From: Malacoraja senta
Lineage: Eukaryota
Direction: 5' to 3'
Assembly (NCBI GenBank): GCA_038087875.1
Contig: CM075977.1
Location: 333,560,001 to 333,624,000 of the forward strand
DNA: 64,000 nt
Part shown: one piece after another, positions 11,638-24,218 of the stretch
How positions within the stretch are numbered: the first letter of the stretch is position 1
Layout: every line of letters begins with the position of its first letter
Translations under genes and position numbers: made by a program
Notes under the pieces: model-generated
Seen by the model: the letters and a program-made list of their open reading frames with translations, nothing else
Told to the model about the DNA's origin: nothing
Database searches by the model: none

Positions 11638-14091
11638 TTGTGAGTGAATTTATGAACCTGGTTGAGTCCTTCAATCTGTCTCTACTCACCACTGGACCCA
11701 CGCACAAGCTTGGCCATACACTAGACCTAGTGCTTTCGTCTGGTCTCCCAACTCGTAACACAGATATTATTGATGCCTGCCTGTCTGACCATAGTGCTAT
11801 TATATTCGATATATCTCTGCCTTTCTCTCCCTCAAAATCCCATCTCCCTGCTCGCTACTCCCGCTACGTTAACTCCACGACGGCCAGTAAGTTCTCTGAA
11901 GCTTTCATAGCCGCCCCCGGCATCTGCACTATTGAGGCATCCACCCCCCATCTCAGTACCGACGACCTAATTTCTTTATTCAATAATACCTGCTCTTCCG
12001 TCCTGGATTCTGTTGCTCCTCTTAAAATGAAAAAGCCTAAGCCTAAAGGCGAGCCGTGACTCAATGATACCACCAGAGCCCTAAGAAGAGAATGCAGAAA
12101 ATCAGGAAGTACAAATCTGATAAGCTTCAAATTTCCTTTGAACTCCTGAAAAATAATCTTCACAAATACCAGGAAGCTGTAAAATCTGCAAGAACTAAAT
12201 ATTTTTTCACCCTTATCTCCAAAAACGCACAAAATTCCAAGGTCCTTTTTAGCACCATCACCTCCATCATTTGTCCTGCCATCAGCACCAGCCTAACTGG
12301 GTCCCCTGCTAAGTGCGAGGAATTTACCACATTTTTCACCAGCAAGGTAAAGAACATAAGAACGAATATTTCTCCTCCCACCCATGACCTGGCTGTCTCA
12401 TTGGTCTGCTCTTCAAAATTAGACTGTTTCCAACCCGTTACTCTACCCTCCCTTGTAAAACTGATCACCACCATGAAACCTACTACCTGCCCCCTCGACA
12501 CTGTCCCCTCTGCCCTCCTAAAGGACGTCATTACAACAGCCGGTCCCAGCATCCTCGCCATCTTCAACAGCTCTCTGGCCACTGGCACTGTACCTACCTG
12601 CTTCAAAAACCACTCCTGAAAAAACCTAACCTCGACCCCACCTTGCCAAGCAACTACAGACCCATTTCTAAACTGTCTTTCCTCTCAAAAGCCCTTGAAA
12701 AGGTAATTTTAAGTCAACTTATACCTTACCTTCACCAAAACACTATCTTGGAAACTTTCCAATCAGGTTTCAGGGCTCACCATAGCACAGTCTGCCTTGT
12801 TGAAGGTACACAATGACCTACTGCTCACCGTTGACTCTGGCGACTGGGCAATTCTGCTCCTTCTTGACCTCAGCGCAGCATTTGATACTGTCGACCACAC
12901 CATCCTAATTGACCATGGGGTTGGTGTTGGTGTTGATGGCACTGCCCTGAGCTGGTTCATCTCCTACCTCAAAGGTAGGAGTTTCTCGACTAACATAGGC
13001 AACTCTTTCTCCTCCCCAGCTAATCTCTGCTGTGGGGTTCCACAAGGTTCCATCCTTGGCCTCATTCTCTTCTCCCTGTATATGCTCCCCTTAGGCCAAG
13101 TCATTGAAAGGCACGGCATTTCCTTCCATTGCTACGCAGACGATATACAACTCTATCTCCCCCTGAAGCCCAAAAACCAATCAAATCTGTTTAACCTTAC
13201 CCACTGCCTTGGATATAAAGTGTTGGATGGCCCAGAACGTCCTCCAACTAAACGAGAGTAAGTCTGATGTCATCCTTCTCGGCCCCTCGGACTCAATCAA
13301 AATGATAGCAGGCAGCCTTGGAAGCCTTACCCCATTACTCAAACCTCACGTCAAAAACCTTGGCGTATTTGACTCAGTACTGAAATTTGACAAACAAGTC
13401 AATGCCGTGGTAAAAGCTAGCTTCTTTCAGCTTCGGACGATAGCTAAAATAAAACAATTCCTCCAGTTTGATGACCTCGAAAAGATCATCAACACATTCC
13501 TCCTCCAACCTAGATTACTGCAACTCCCTTTACACTGGCATCAGCCAATCTTCCCTGTCCTGCCTGCAACTGGTCCAAAACGCCGCATCGAGACTTCTGA
13601 CGGAACCACACATCACCCCGATCCTGGCCTCTCTCCACTGGCTCCCTGTGCGGTTCCGTATAAACTTCAAGATCCTCCTCCATGTCTACAAAGCCCTCAA
13701 TGGGCTTGCCCCCACCTACATAAAATGTCTTCTCACCCACCACTCCACCTCCAGGCCCCTCAGATCGGCCGACTTGGGGTTGCTGAATATCCCACAGTCT
13801 AGGCATAAGCTCAGGGGCGACCGCGCCTTTGCGGTTGCAGCCCCTAGACTGTGGAACAGCATCCCTTTTCCCATCAGAACTGCCCCCTCCATTGACTCTT
13901 TTAAGTCAAGACTAAAGACTTATCTATACTCCCAAGCCTTTCCTGACGTCCTCTGAGTGAGGGCTACATGTATATATGTATGTAGTTTGTTTTGTTTGTG
14001 CTATTCTTATAACAAATGTAAAGCACTTTGGCCAACAAGAGTTGTTTTTTAAATGTGCTATATAAATAAATGTGACTTGACTTGACTTGAC
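11638..14091 (+). mobile_element. L2-clade LINE, 5'-truncated, frameshifted EN-RT ORF2
   Basis: EN motifs GPTHKLGHTLDLV and LSDH; RT motifs LLDLSAAFDTVDH, GVPQGSILG, HCYADDIQLY; C-terminal HITPILASLHWLPV and GDRAFAVAAPRLWN; AATAAA then (GACTT)n tail. Confidence 0.95.
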
Positions 14092-14295
14092 CTCAAAATA
14101 TGAATTAAAATAGCATAGATTCTCAAGTATGTACGGCCTAACTCTCCTGTTGTTTCAATTTAAAGCTCATGGGGGGACCTTAAAGTGCATATCATAGCCT
14201 CTTTATGGGTTTCAATTGGCTTTTGGTGAAAGGATTGCATGTCATTTTCCAGAATTGCTTATAAAAACAAAAAGCTGGAAATACTCAGCAGATCA

Positions 14296-14666
14296 GGGCC
14301 AGGAAGCGAGCGGGCAAGATCATCTCTGACCCCTCTCACCCTGGCCACAAACACTTTGAATCACTTCCCTCTGGAAGGCGACTCCGGATTGTCACATCTG
14401 CCACAGCCAGACATAAAAACAGTTTTTATCCATGAGTAGTTGCTCTACTCAACAGCCAAAAATCTGTAGCCTCCCTTTGATCTGGTATTTTGTTGGTTCA
14501 CATGCTTGATCAATGGTGTTTTATCATTAATGTTTTATTATTATTAATGTTTAGTGTTTTCTGAGTCATTCGTAACTGTCACTGTATGTCATGTTGTTAC
14601 TTGTGGGCGGAGCACCAAGGCAAATTCCTTGTATGTGAATACTTGGCCAATAAACTTACTTACTTA
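14296..14666 (+). mobile_element. Rex1/Babar LINE 3' end
   Basis: Encodes RAGKIISDPSHPGHKHFESLPSGRR..HKNSFYP, the typical Rex1 C-terminus; (CTTA)n tail; abuts a PLE-end remnant at 14264-14295. Confidence 0.9.
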
Positions 14667-17600
14667 TTTAAAAATAATTGGGGAGGGACAAACAGACTTG
14701 AATCAATGAATATGAATTAGCTTACAGACACTGGAAATTAAAAAAAAATTTAAACTCAAGAGTTTGCTCAGGAATGACAACGTGAATTATGTGCTGGTTG
14801 TTGGGGCACTGTTGGATCTGCAGAATCTGCCATGGTTTGGGCAGGAGGTGATATGTAGACAGACAGGCAGGTGAATAACATGGGTGATCGTCGGTTCCGT
14901 TTGCAGTTCTTGATGGGCTTTTGTATGCTCCCAACAAAGAGATTCAAAGTTCTCATTGAATCCCGATGTCCCTTCTTCTTTCGGAATAGTCATGGATTTT
15001 GGGGGTTCCCATGAGTCAGTGAGAACATTTCAGTTTTACAAGGCAGTTTGAGGATTAGTTTTGAGCCACCGCTGTCCTGGTAATCTCGGACCACCAGATT
15101 GGAATGTGTGACTTTTTCAGGAATCTCGTGTTGGGAATGTGAATGTCGTGGTTCACCATATGGAGCCAGCTGCGTTTAAAAATATATATATATGATGCCA
15201 AGTATATCGCCTGGGAGGAGAGGTAGATGAGAATGCATTGTCTACCCTGACTGCGGAAGAGTTTTACAGGAGTAGGTTTGGCGGTATCTCTCCAGTGCTT
15301 TGACGATCCTGCTGCTTGTAGTTCAGAACTTAGAAGCCTACAGGAGGGCATGGGTCAAATGCCCCTTGGTGGCCTTAAATTTTGAACTAGATTTTAGGTT
15401 TTAATCTTCAAATATTATTTTTCTCAAAGGCTCTACTGGCCCACAAGCGGTAAATTTCATCATCGACGCCTCTTTGCCGACATATAGTTCAGACAAACCC
15501 AACACTCTCCAACATATGCTGTCGAGGATTAGTTGTACTAACTTAGAAATTCTCCGATGCATTTTCCGTTGCTAATAAGGAATCTAAATTAGTATTGGAA
15601 ACGCCAGGCACGCAATATTTGAGACGTCGAAACCGAGATGACATAAGAGTACTTTACTGTAGAGTAAAATACTGAAGGATATTTTGTAAACAAAATTAAC
15701 CAATCTCCTGAAAATAGATTATCATTTTAGAATTTGGAGTGTTTGGATGATATGTACGTGATTGCATCTACCTTTTAAACCTCTGTTTCACTATTTGCTA
15801 GTCAACAACTTGAAAAGTCCGTCTGCAAACGTAGAAGAAACCTCTCAAGTGAAACCGCTTCGTGTCCGATTTTTGGGAACATCATTCATTAGATAATCCT
15901 ATAATTTCCGGGATCAAGAACAACATGGATTTATCACGGAACAGTGATAACTCGGTTTGTGTCTGTGCAGGTGCATTCGCGAATCTTGGTGAATGTCGGA
16001 TGACCACTCTTATTCAGCATAATTTAGCTCTCAATAGTTCTAATTTGCGGTTTTATTATCGTCGATGCAGCACGACGCGGGGAAAGCGGCATTTATCACA
16101 TGGCAACGAGTTCCCACAGCGTATCTAATTAATACCAAAAGAAATGCCAAAGAGACCAGCAATGCAGGTCCGGACGCAACCTGACACCCTACGCGCGCAA
16201 GCACTTTCAAACACAACCGATTTCTCGTGGCTTATGTGTGATCCAAGTGTTTGAATATTCCATCATGTGGTAATACATTCGTAAACCGAGTGATTTTCCA
16301 TTCACGTGCCTGGCTTCCAAAAGCTTTCCGAAGCCTGTACTTTGAACTGAAGCCAAAATACACTAGGCAGAAAAGTCGCTACGACAAAACCTAAGCACCC
16401 TTAAAATGGCCGTGGAATAAACTTCGAACACAAGTAGTTATGAATGTATATTTCGTCCGCATCGTGTTTTTGTTGCCGACCCTGCGTGTGTACTTATGCA
16501 AGCGGTAGTGAATTTGTGCTCGGGTTTAAACCGCTGCCACCAGACTTTGCTGGAAAGCGGTAGCGTCTGCAGCTAACTCCACAAACCAGTAAAAGCAACG
16601 CTGCCTTTTCCCACGATTGGCTCGCTGTGTTATATTTGGTCGAGGCCACCCCACAGAATTCTGTGCACGGCGTGTTTGTTCACTCGCTGCCCGGGCAGTG
16701 ATCACCGACCTAAACTTTGCTTCCTGTTAAAACTAGCGGGTTCATTTAGTTCACACTGCAGATTTTTTCTCTCTCGAAAGCTGGACTCTGCAAAGTGGGA
16801 CTACAGCATCACGACAGTGGGGATCACAGGGAAATCACGTTGGTGTCACCGGATCCTCCGATTGCTTTCCCGCTGTTACAGCCTTTTGAGCTAGACCGCG
16901 GCTGGATATTTGCGCGCATTAGTAGGCTGTACTATAGTGTTGTGGAGTATAGGTCGATAGCAACGGAACTCTCCAAGGTTTCAGACATTTCCATTACGTA
17001 TCCAGCACCTGCATTGACACTCGGCTCATCATCCTCACATGACCTGGGAACACGCTTTTTATATCAACCTGTGTAGTCAGGAGGAAATATTTTGGAGGAT
17101 GTTAAATAAGAGCTAGACGTTACAAAATTATCTTGTAGACGGAACATTTTCTGCTGGTCCGTCGGCCTGATTTCATATCGCGAAAACAAGGTTGTCGACT
17201 GAGGGGGGAAAAAAGGGGTGTGGAGTTTCAGCATTTTATAAACAATCCCCAATTCTGCTCTGAGCGTAAGTGCTAGTCGGAAATAACTATTTTTCCTGCG
17301 AACTGGATGAGAAAAGTGGGACTGTGATATTCAGTGGACTAAAACCGTGCTGTGATCTAACTCGCCCCGGTCATTAAGCAGAGATCTGGCGCCCGGTCTT
17401 GGCTAATCAGCGGAAGAGAACGATATTGTACACAAAAGAAAAGCTGGTGACCGGGGTTAAAAGTGTGCAGCCAGCCCATCTGAACTTTAATGTGAATTCG
17501 GTACATCACATACCGCTGGCGGAAACTGGACTCAAGCTGAGGGCACTGATGTTCATCGTATGGAAAACTTACTGTGATCGGCTGGTGCCAACGCGCCGGT

Positions 17601-18099
17601 TTTAGTGCGAGTTCGGCACGTTTCAAATAACCGACTGTGTCTCCACTACGGGCTGTCTCCGTTTGGACTCGTGCGAAGACTGTGAAAACAGTTCCGCAGA
17701 GAATTAAGTGATCATCTTTGATACACTGTATAAACATGGCCCCTGGCGGGAATTGATTCATTTAATCATATTACACCGGTCTTGCAGATCCGAATCGCTG
17801 CCAGCGCGATTGGTGGACACGTTCTCCTGGGACTAAGAGTGAAAGTTAAAAGGACAACTGGGTTCTCAGGTGCTGACCGCCGGGGCAGCGGCGCTTTCAC
17901 CCCACGTACGCTCATTGCACCGCCTGTATTCGTGACCAACGCGAAGGCGGCACACTTGGTTAAACCTGTCAGGCGAAATAATTCAAGGAAACAAAATCCG
18001 TACCGTTTCACTCTCGGCGCCCCCCCCCCCCCCCCCCCACGCCTCTCCGTGCAGGGATCTCCGGCATCTGTGGCAGGAATAGGTGGCCGGTTACAATAA

Positions 18100-18700
18100 A
18101 GTCTACCTGTAAATCCCAGCCCCCTCTGCTGGACTTGCCGGGAAGCCGGGAGCGCGCACGTGACACTTTCGCCTCATTTCCCAGGAGGAGAAATTACGGG
18201 AGCGGGAGAGAGGAAACAAAAAAAAGTCTCACTGTTGCAATTGTTCTGCATTCATTCCGTGGCGCCCCGGAGCACCATTTGAAAGCTCTTTTTGTCACCT
18301 ACCTCTGAGCCTGACGACAACATTTGAACCTCACCCCCTGGAGCAGTCTCTCTCTCTGGACTTGTGTCACGCTTGCTAGAGGAAGGAGGCGCGCTCCCGC
18401 CGGCCCGCCTGCGCGTGACTGCAGGGCGCGCGTGCCCGGTGGGCTCAGCTCAGCAGAAGCCAAGTCGGCGGCCGCGCGCACAGCGAGAGCGCGAGCGAGA
18501 GCGCGCGCCGCCGGCCGCGGGGCCGCGCAACAGGTGTTCGCGGGTGGAGGCGCGCGGCCCGGAGCCGGTCCCGGGAGCCGGGCGCTCGCTCACGCGACTG
18601 CGGCTCGGACAGCGAGACTGTAGGCGCTCGCTCCCGCGATCCAGCCCCGCTCCCGCTCCCGCTCCCGCTCCCGCCTCCCCATCCCAAGCGCCCACTGAGG
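18100..18700 (+). promoter_or_regulatory. TATA-less CpG-island promoter and 5'UTR; E-box CACGTGAC at 18157-18164; (CTCCCG)n at ~18646-18675
   Basis: Extreme GC content, CGCG runs and a USF/TFE-type E-box upstream of a strong donor site. Confidence 0.7.
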
Positions 18701-18802
18701 ATGGCGGGCTGTGGACTAAACGAAGACCTCTTCTTCTCCTCCTCCTCCTCTTCCTCCTCGTTTCTCTTCAGCTACATCAAAGAGAGCCCATTCACTCAGC
18801 AG
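18701..18802 (+). CDS. Probable first coding exon or uORF start, MAGCGLNEDLFFSSSSSSSSFLFSYIKESPFTQQ; product unidentified
   Basis: Strong Kozak AGGATGG; 34 open codons ending in phase 0 at donor CAG|GTAAGC (GT at 18803). Confidence 0.55.
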
Positions 18803-21019
18803 GTAAGCGGAAAGATAGCGGGGCGACCGCGAGTGCTAGGTGGGCGCGCGTTATCCACTTAACGCTGCTGCCTCTTGGGTTCATCTCCTTGCACGGGGAG
18901 GCAAAGGGGGGGGAATTGCCACATTGCAAAAAGGGTGAGTACAAGCCGAGTTCACCGGCATCCTTCCTGTGTGGTAAAATGAACTTGTCAGTGCAAATAC
19001 TCATCATGTGTGGATTGCCACGGATATTTCCCCCAAACAATACTGGGAACGTGTCCGAAGCGGAATGTCATTGATGTAAATAATGCATAGAGAGTGTATG
19101 TTACCGTAACCACGTAACCGAGTACTGTAGAAAGTGCATCGCGGAGGCTGGCAGGTGACAGTTCTGTTTCAGCAATTAAATGGGCTGGCTTCAGTTTGGA
19201 GTGATTTCATGTTTAAAAAAAACGTGGAAAGGCTTTTTCCAGAAGTGGCCGGGTTAGTAACTCGTAGATCGGTGCAAAAGTGATGCTGTTCTAATGGAAA
19301 AGGAGAGGCAGCCGAGAGTCACCGTCTCCAGGAGACTCGAGAGCAAACTTCCCGTTACCAGTCTAATGTTACTGATTAGCCACCGATCAAGAAGCAGGGC
19401 AGGTTAATAATGCATTAATACATTAAACATAAGGGCCGGTATCTGTAGGGCAAAATAACCGTGTTGACTCGGACAAATATTCGCTTCTCTACTCAATTTC
19501 AAGCAACCTGCATCTCCTCAACGCGAGCGAGGAATTACACTCCAACCGGGCTAATAAATCACGTTATTCTATTTGGCTCGCCTTGCTGTCTGCACATTAA
19601 AATAGCATGACACCAGTAAAATTTCCATTATTTGGCGCTTTAACTAAAGGTTGAAATGTTAATGCAAAGTTCCCAGGCAGCTACGTTACTGCGAGTGGTG
19701 CTCTCGAGAGGAGAGCCGGGGTTTTAAGCATCTGATCATTTCACACTCGGGCAAACCGCTGCCTGATGTAACCAGGTAGCGTTGTCTCTGTGGACGGTTA
19801 TTGTCCTAATTACATACCACTAAGGGATCTAGTGTACTGATAAACCTGGGGAATTTTCAAGCCGGGATCAGAGCATTGACACAGAAAGGTGGTGGTTGAT
19901 TGGCAATGTGGCGGTGGGGAATTCAGAAGCACTGGTGGTTAATTTAGGTTAAAATTTAGGGCACTGTCGCCGTTCCAATAGCGTCGGAAGTCCAATAAAA
20001 GCACCTTTACTTTAAACCGCTTTATATTTTCGAAGTACTGAAGTGTTTTATGCACACGCACGGTTTATCTGAAACCGTTTGGCTGTTATTAATTTTGGAT
20101 CTTCTCGGCAGCGGATAGCGCTGTAATTAAGAGATTGACTTCTCACACACTGTCAATCGAGCAAAAACTTTGATAAACTCACTCACCAAAGCTAACACTT
20201 TTGCCTGAAGGGCTTCGTCATCTAATCATTGTCACGCTTCGTGATAGCGATCAAACGTTGTTTCAGTCGAGTTGAAATCAAATGGTTTAAATATTTGATT
20301 GGCGCACACACAGCGTTTTGTGGAAGACAACGCGGCGTGTAGGGACGTGAAATGTCAAGTGTTATTGCAAGGACTTCGATGCGGAAAAAAATTGAAGATG
20401 ATGTTCCGGTGTAATTCACAGATGATGGCAGGGTGTAAATTCGGGCTGAGAATCACCAGCTCAAGTCCAACGAAGGTCGAGGAGTTTGGATTTTCTTTTA
20501 TTGTAAGACAGCAGGTGGAGAACTGACAGTGGCGACACTATGAAGGCCAGCTCAGAATGAAAGGCTGATTCTTACTGCTTAAGCACTATTAATAGTAAGC
20601 AACATTTGCTTTTGAAACATGGACTGCCTTAACCTCGTAATGTAGGATTGCTGATCACACTCGGGCGTTCGAGCCAGGTTAGAAGAAGATTCAATACATT
20701 TCAACCCAAAATCAACATCCAGAAAATGAAATATCTCAAGGATATGGCAAATCTTCACCGACTTGTTACCAAACAGAAGGTCCTCCCTATTGTACGTAAC
20801 TATTTCAGTTCTAACACAATATTTCTTAAAATAATATTTTTATACCGTAGCAGACTTTCTGAGTTTAAGAATTGACTTATTCTATGACTCTCAAGGCCTG
20901 CTGATCTGGTTTAGAAATTCATACGATTAACATGGTTGTGGGTAAAAAGATGAACCAGTCTGCTTTGCTCCCCTGTGTTGCTGATGTTTTAAAAATGCCT
21001 CTTTTACTTACTTTGACAG

Positions 21020-21088
21020 GTAGATGACCAGCATAACCCGTCTCTGTACAATAGCTTAATGACCCATTCTTTGAAAGACTATATTAGA
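21020..21088 (+). other. Candidate 69-nt exon (VDDQHNPSLYNSLMTHSLKDYIR in frame with exon 1)
   Basis: Pyrimidine tract CTTTTACTTACTTTGACAG|, branch-like CTGAT ~35 nt upstream, weak donor AGA|GTATGC. Confidence 0.25.
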
Positions 21089-21326
21089 GTATGCAGTTAT
21101 TGATTGGATACTCTCACTGTTCAACTGTAAGATCAATCAAGAGATACATTTCCACCAAAACATATGCCTATTTTGTGACCATGTTTCTCTGCACATTCAA
21201 AGTTTAATGATGCACAGTGTGTTTTTCATATATTTTTCATTCATGAGGTGTCAATTTTGGTACAGTAGTTACCACAGTTGCTTTTAATTTGAGTTCAGGC
21301 CTCATACTTGGATCTGAGCATAAAGT

Positions 21327-21658
21327 AGAATCATAAAGATATACTGTACAACATGGAAATCGGTCCTTTCGGCCCACCGAATTAGCACTGTCCACAAACC
21401 ACTCATTTACATGAATCCCACGTACATTCATCCCATTATCACTGTCCCTCAGATTCAACTACTCACCTGCATACTAGGGCCAATTTGCAGTGGGCAAGTA
21501 ACCTACTGTCCCACATGATTTTTGGGACGAGGGAGGAAATCAAAGCAGTCTCAGGAAAAATCTGCAAACTCCACATAGACAGCTCCCGATGCCAAGATTG
21601 AACACGGGTATTGATGTTATGAGGCAACGGCTCTACCAGCTGTGCCATAGTGTCACCC
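21327..21658 (-). mobile_element. tRNA-derived V-SINE (HE1-like), diverged
   Basis: Reverse complement shows A/B-box head, V-domain-like core and CR1-type tail. Confidence 0.8.
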
Positions 21659-22296
21659 TCGGATGACATTCCAATGTAGAAGTGAATGAAGACAGCAATG
21701 TTGGGAAGTTTTTTTCAAAAAATTGTTGAATTGAGTTGCTAACTTTCTTTAGGCAGTACTTGAAGAGGAATGGAGGAATTCTAAACAACAACATTCTAAG
21801 CACCATTTATTCTTCAAACTAGATGTGGACAAATTAACTATTGGAATGTCAGACACGACCAGATCTTGTCTGTATCACTTTTATTCGTTATTCTTTATTA
21901 TGATGAGACATTCAGCAGCAAATTTGATAACTACTTGGGAGGAAATTATTTCCAAGGCTATGGAGAGATGGCAGGGAAGTTGGATTGGATTGGAGAAAAA
22001 TCTTGTACATAACCAGCTAGGATTTAGAGGATCAATCACTTTCTTTCATGCAACAAGCTATCTGACACTCTTCTCTGGTTGTAACATTGACTTCATTTCA
22101 GAGATATTTCACTGGTTGTTGATTGCCCTTTCTGGTATATTAGCTGGTATTGTTATCATTCCTCCCTTGTCAATCTGATCATATTTAGAGAATCATCAAC
22201 AAATGGCTCTTTCCACACCATCATCTTTCATAGTGCATAAAGGTCTGTCTTTGGTACCATCCTATTATATATCTGTGTGGAGTTCCTCTATAATAT

Positions 22297-22470
22297 TTCA
22301 CCTTCCATCACAGCGAGGAATGTGGAGGAGTCACTGTGGTGGATGTTTATGTTAAAATGTATTTTGTGTGTCTTGTTGCGTTTTATTGGTATGACTGTAT
22401 GGCAAATCAAATTCCTCGTATGTTGCAAAACATACTTGTCTAATAAAGTATGATTATGATTATGATTATC
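22297..22470 (+). mobile_element. Non-coding retroposon 3' part (hairpin core plus Rex1-type tail, (TATGAT)n)
   Basis: CCTTCCATCACAGCGAGGAATGTGGAGGAGTCACTGTGGTGGATGTTTATG is shared with 22736-23113 and 24768-25475. Confidence 0.75.
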
Positions 22471-22682
22471 ATATCACTCAAAAGCATGGTATCAACGTCA
22501 CATGCATGTGGATGGTACTGACTTGTTGTCCAACATCCAGAAATGGATGAGCAAAACATCCCTCAAATTACATATAATTTTCAATTTACATCCATGATAT
22601 TTGACCCCCTAGCTACTCATTGCACACCTGTTTCTGAAATTTAAAAATAAACTAAACCAGATAATCCACTTCCTCCTGGATG

Positions 22683-23380
22683 ATTATCAACATAGGAGTG
22701 CCTCAAGGCTATGTGCTCAGTCACCTGCTATACTCAAAGGTTCAAAGGTTCAAATTTATTTGTCACAAGGTGCAGTGAAATGAATTTACCATGCAGCGTT
22801 ACAATTAAAAAAGGACATAATACACAACATAATTCAACACAGACATCCACCACAGCATTCTTCACTGTGGTGGAAGGCAATACACTTCAGACAGTCCTCC
22901 TCCTCCTCCCTTGTTCACCCATGGTCGGGGCCCTGACCCTCCTTAGTCACCGCCACGGATGGCCCGATGTTCAAGCCCTCTGGTCGGGATGGTCGGAATA
23001 CCGACGTCGGGACAGGTCGAGCACACCCCGTGGCCCGGAGCTCCCAAATCGGCCAGCTCCTTACCGGAGACCGCGGCTTCAAGATGTTGTAGGCTGCAGG
23101 TTGTTGGTCGGAGCTCTGTCTATACCCATGACTATACTCTGTCTATACCCATAACTGTGCAGCCAGACACAGCTCCAAATTTGCCAATGATACCACAGTT
23201 GTTGGATGAATAACGGGTATTGAGGAGGCGGAGTACAGGAGGGAGATTCATAATCTGATTGAATGGTGCCAGAACAATAACCTTGCTCCAAACATCTGCC
23301 AGTTAAAGAAACTGCTTGCTGACTTCAGGAATGGTAAGTCAAGAATTCATGAACCTGCCTTCATCAACAGGACAGCGGTG
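22683..23380 (+). mobile_element. Rex1/Babar RT fragment, interrupted at 22736-23131
   Basis: Rejoined translation GVPQGYVLSHLLYS|VYTHNC..KFANDTTVVG..EYRREI..WCQNNNL..DFR. Confidence 0.8.
22736..23113 (-). mobile_element. GC-rich non-coding retroposon with Rex1-type tail (TTGAACCT)n
   Basis: TSD CTATACTC at 22728-22735 and 23132-23139; shared hairpin core at 22846-22874. Confidence 0.75.
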
Positions 23381-23865
23381 TTATTGCTGTAGTATGTAAG
23401 AATCTTATCGTGCTACTGCTGGTACATATGACAAGTAAAGACACAAAAAACTGCAGGTTGGAATCTTGAACAAAAAAAACAAAGTGTTGGAGGAACTTGG
23501 ATAAAGTGCTGGAGGGCAAACTTCCCTCCACAGATACTACCTGACCCACTGGCCTCTCTTATTTTGCTCTCATGAAACCTGAAGTCATCTGTGCCCTAAT
23601 TCACTTTTATTCTAAATCCTATTTATTCTTCATTTGCCCGCTTGCTTACACAATAGTTTCCAGTTAAGTACTGGCTCAACTTTAAATTTTTTATCCCTCC
23701 ATATTCTTGCTCCTTCCAGATTGTGAAATCTCTTCTAACTGTGATATTTGTGCTTTTCAATTTCTGGAGTTAGACACATCCTTACATTTATTCTCTCCAC
23801 CATTGGCTATTATGGCTTCTGTGTCAAGTTCTTACATTCTGGAATTTCCTTGCAAAACCCCTTTC

Positions 23866-24053
23866 TGGGCAAAGTATTTATGATACAGAGTCATTATATA
23901 TCATAACAAGTAATTTAATTTGTATACATACAGAGACCATCGAGATGATTACTGTAGGCTCCGAATAGTAAGTTAAAACTAAAAAAAACATCATGGCTGC
24001 CCGCATGCCACAAGGTGGTGGTGTGAAAACCTGACATGGATTATGGATCTACA
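23866..24053 (-). repeat. 3' LTR (188 bp)
   Basis: Direct repeat of 25625-25864, about 14 differences counted by eye plus one 51-bp indel. Confidence 0.93.
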
Positions 24054-24064
24054 TCCCCCTTCTT
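24054..24064 (-). promoter_or_regulatory. Polypurine tract
   Basis: AAGAAGGGGGA directly before the TGTAGATCC start of the 3' LTR on the minus strand. Confidence 0.85.
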
Positions 24065-24218
24065 GGGCTTTTGCCCAAAGGGCAAACATAAAGCATGCAG
24101 AAGTAATATGTATATAAAGCTATAAAAAGTAACTATCATCTGCAGTAAAGCAATGGAGGATATACTTAAGTAATATAAGTAATGTCAGTTATAGTTAATT
24201 AGAGTCCAAGATCCGCAT

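Larger units (their letters stand above)
15450..20660. promoter_or_regulatory. Broad CpG island; GC-rich core ~18000-18900
   Basis: Abundant CpG against a CpG-depleted background, no recognisable TE inside; boundaries estimated by eye. Confidence 0.9.

Noticed and set aside
15648-15673. Imperfect palindrome AGTACTTTACT-GTAG-AGTAAAATACT
   Set aside because: Short and AT-rich; expected by chance
18364-19074. 236-aa ORF and overlapping ORFs in the CpG island
   Set aside because: Low-complexity Arg/Ala/Pro translation caused by stop-codon scarcity in GC-rich DNA; reads through the splice donor
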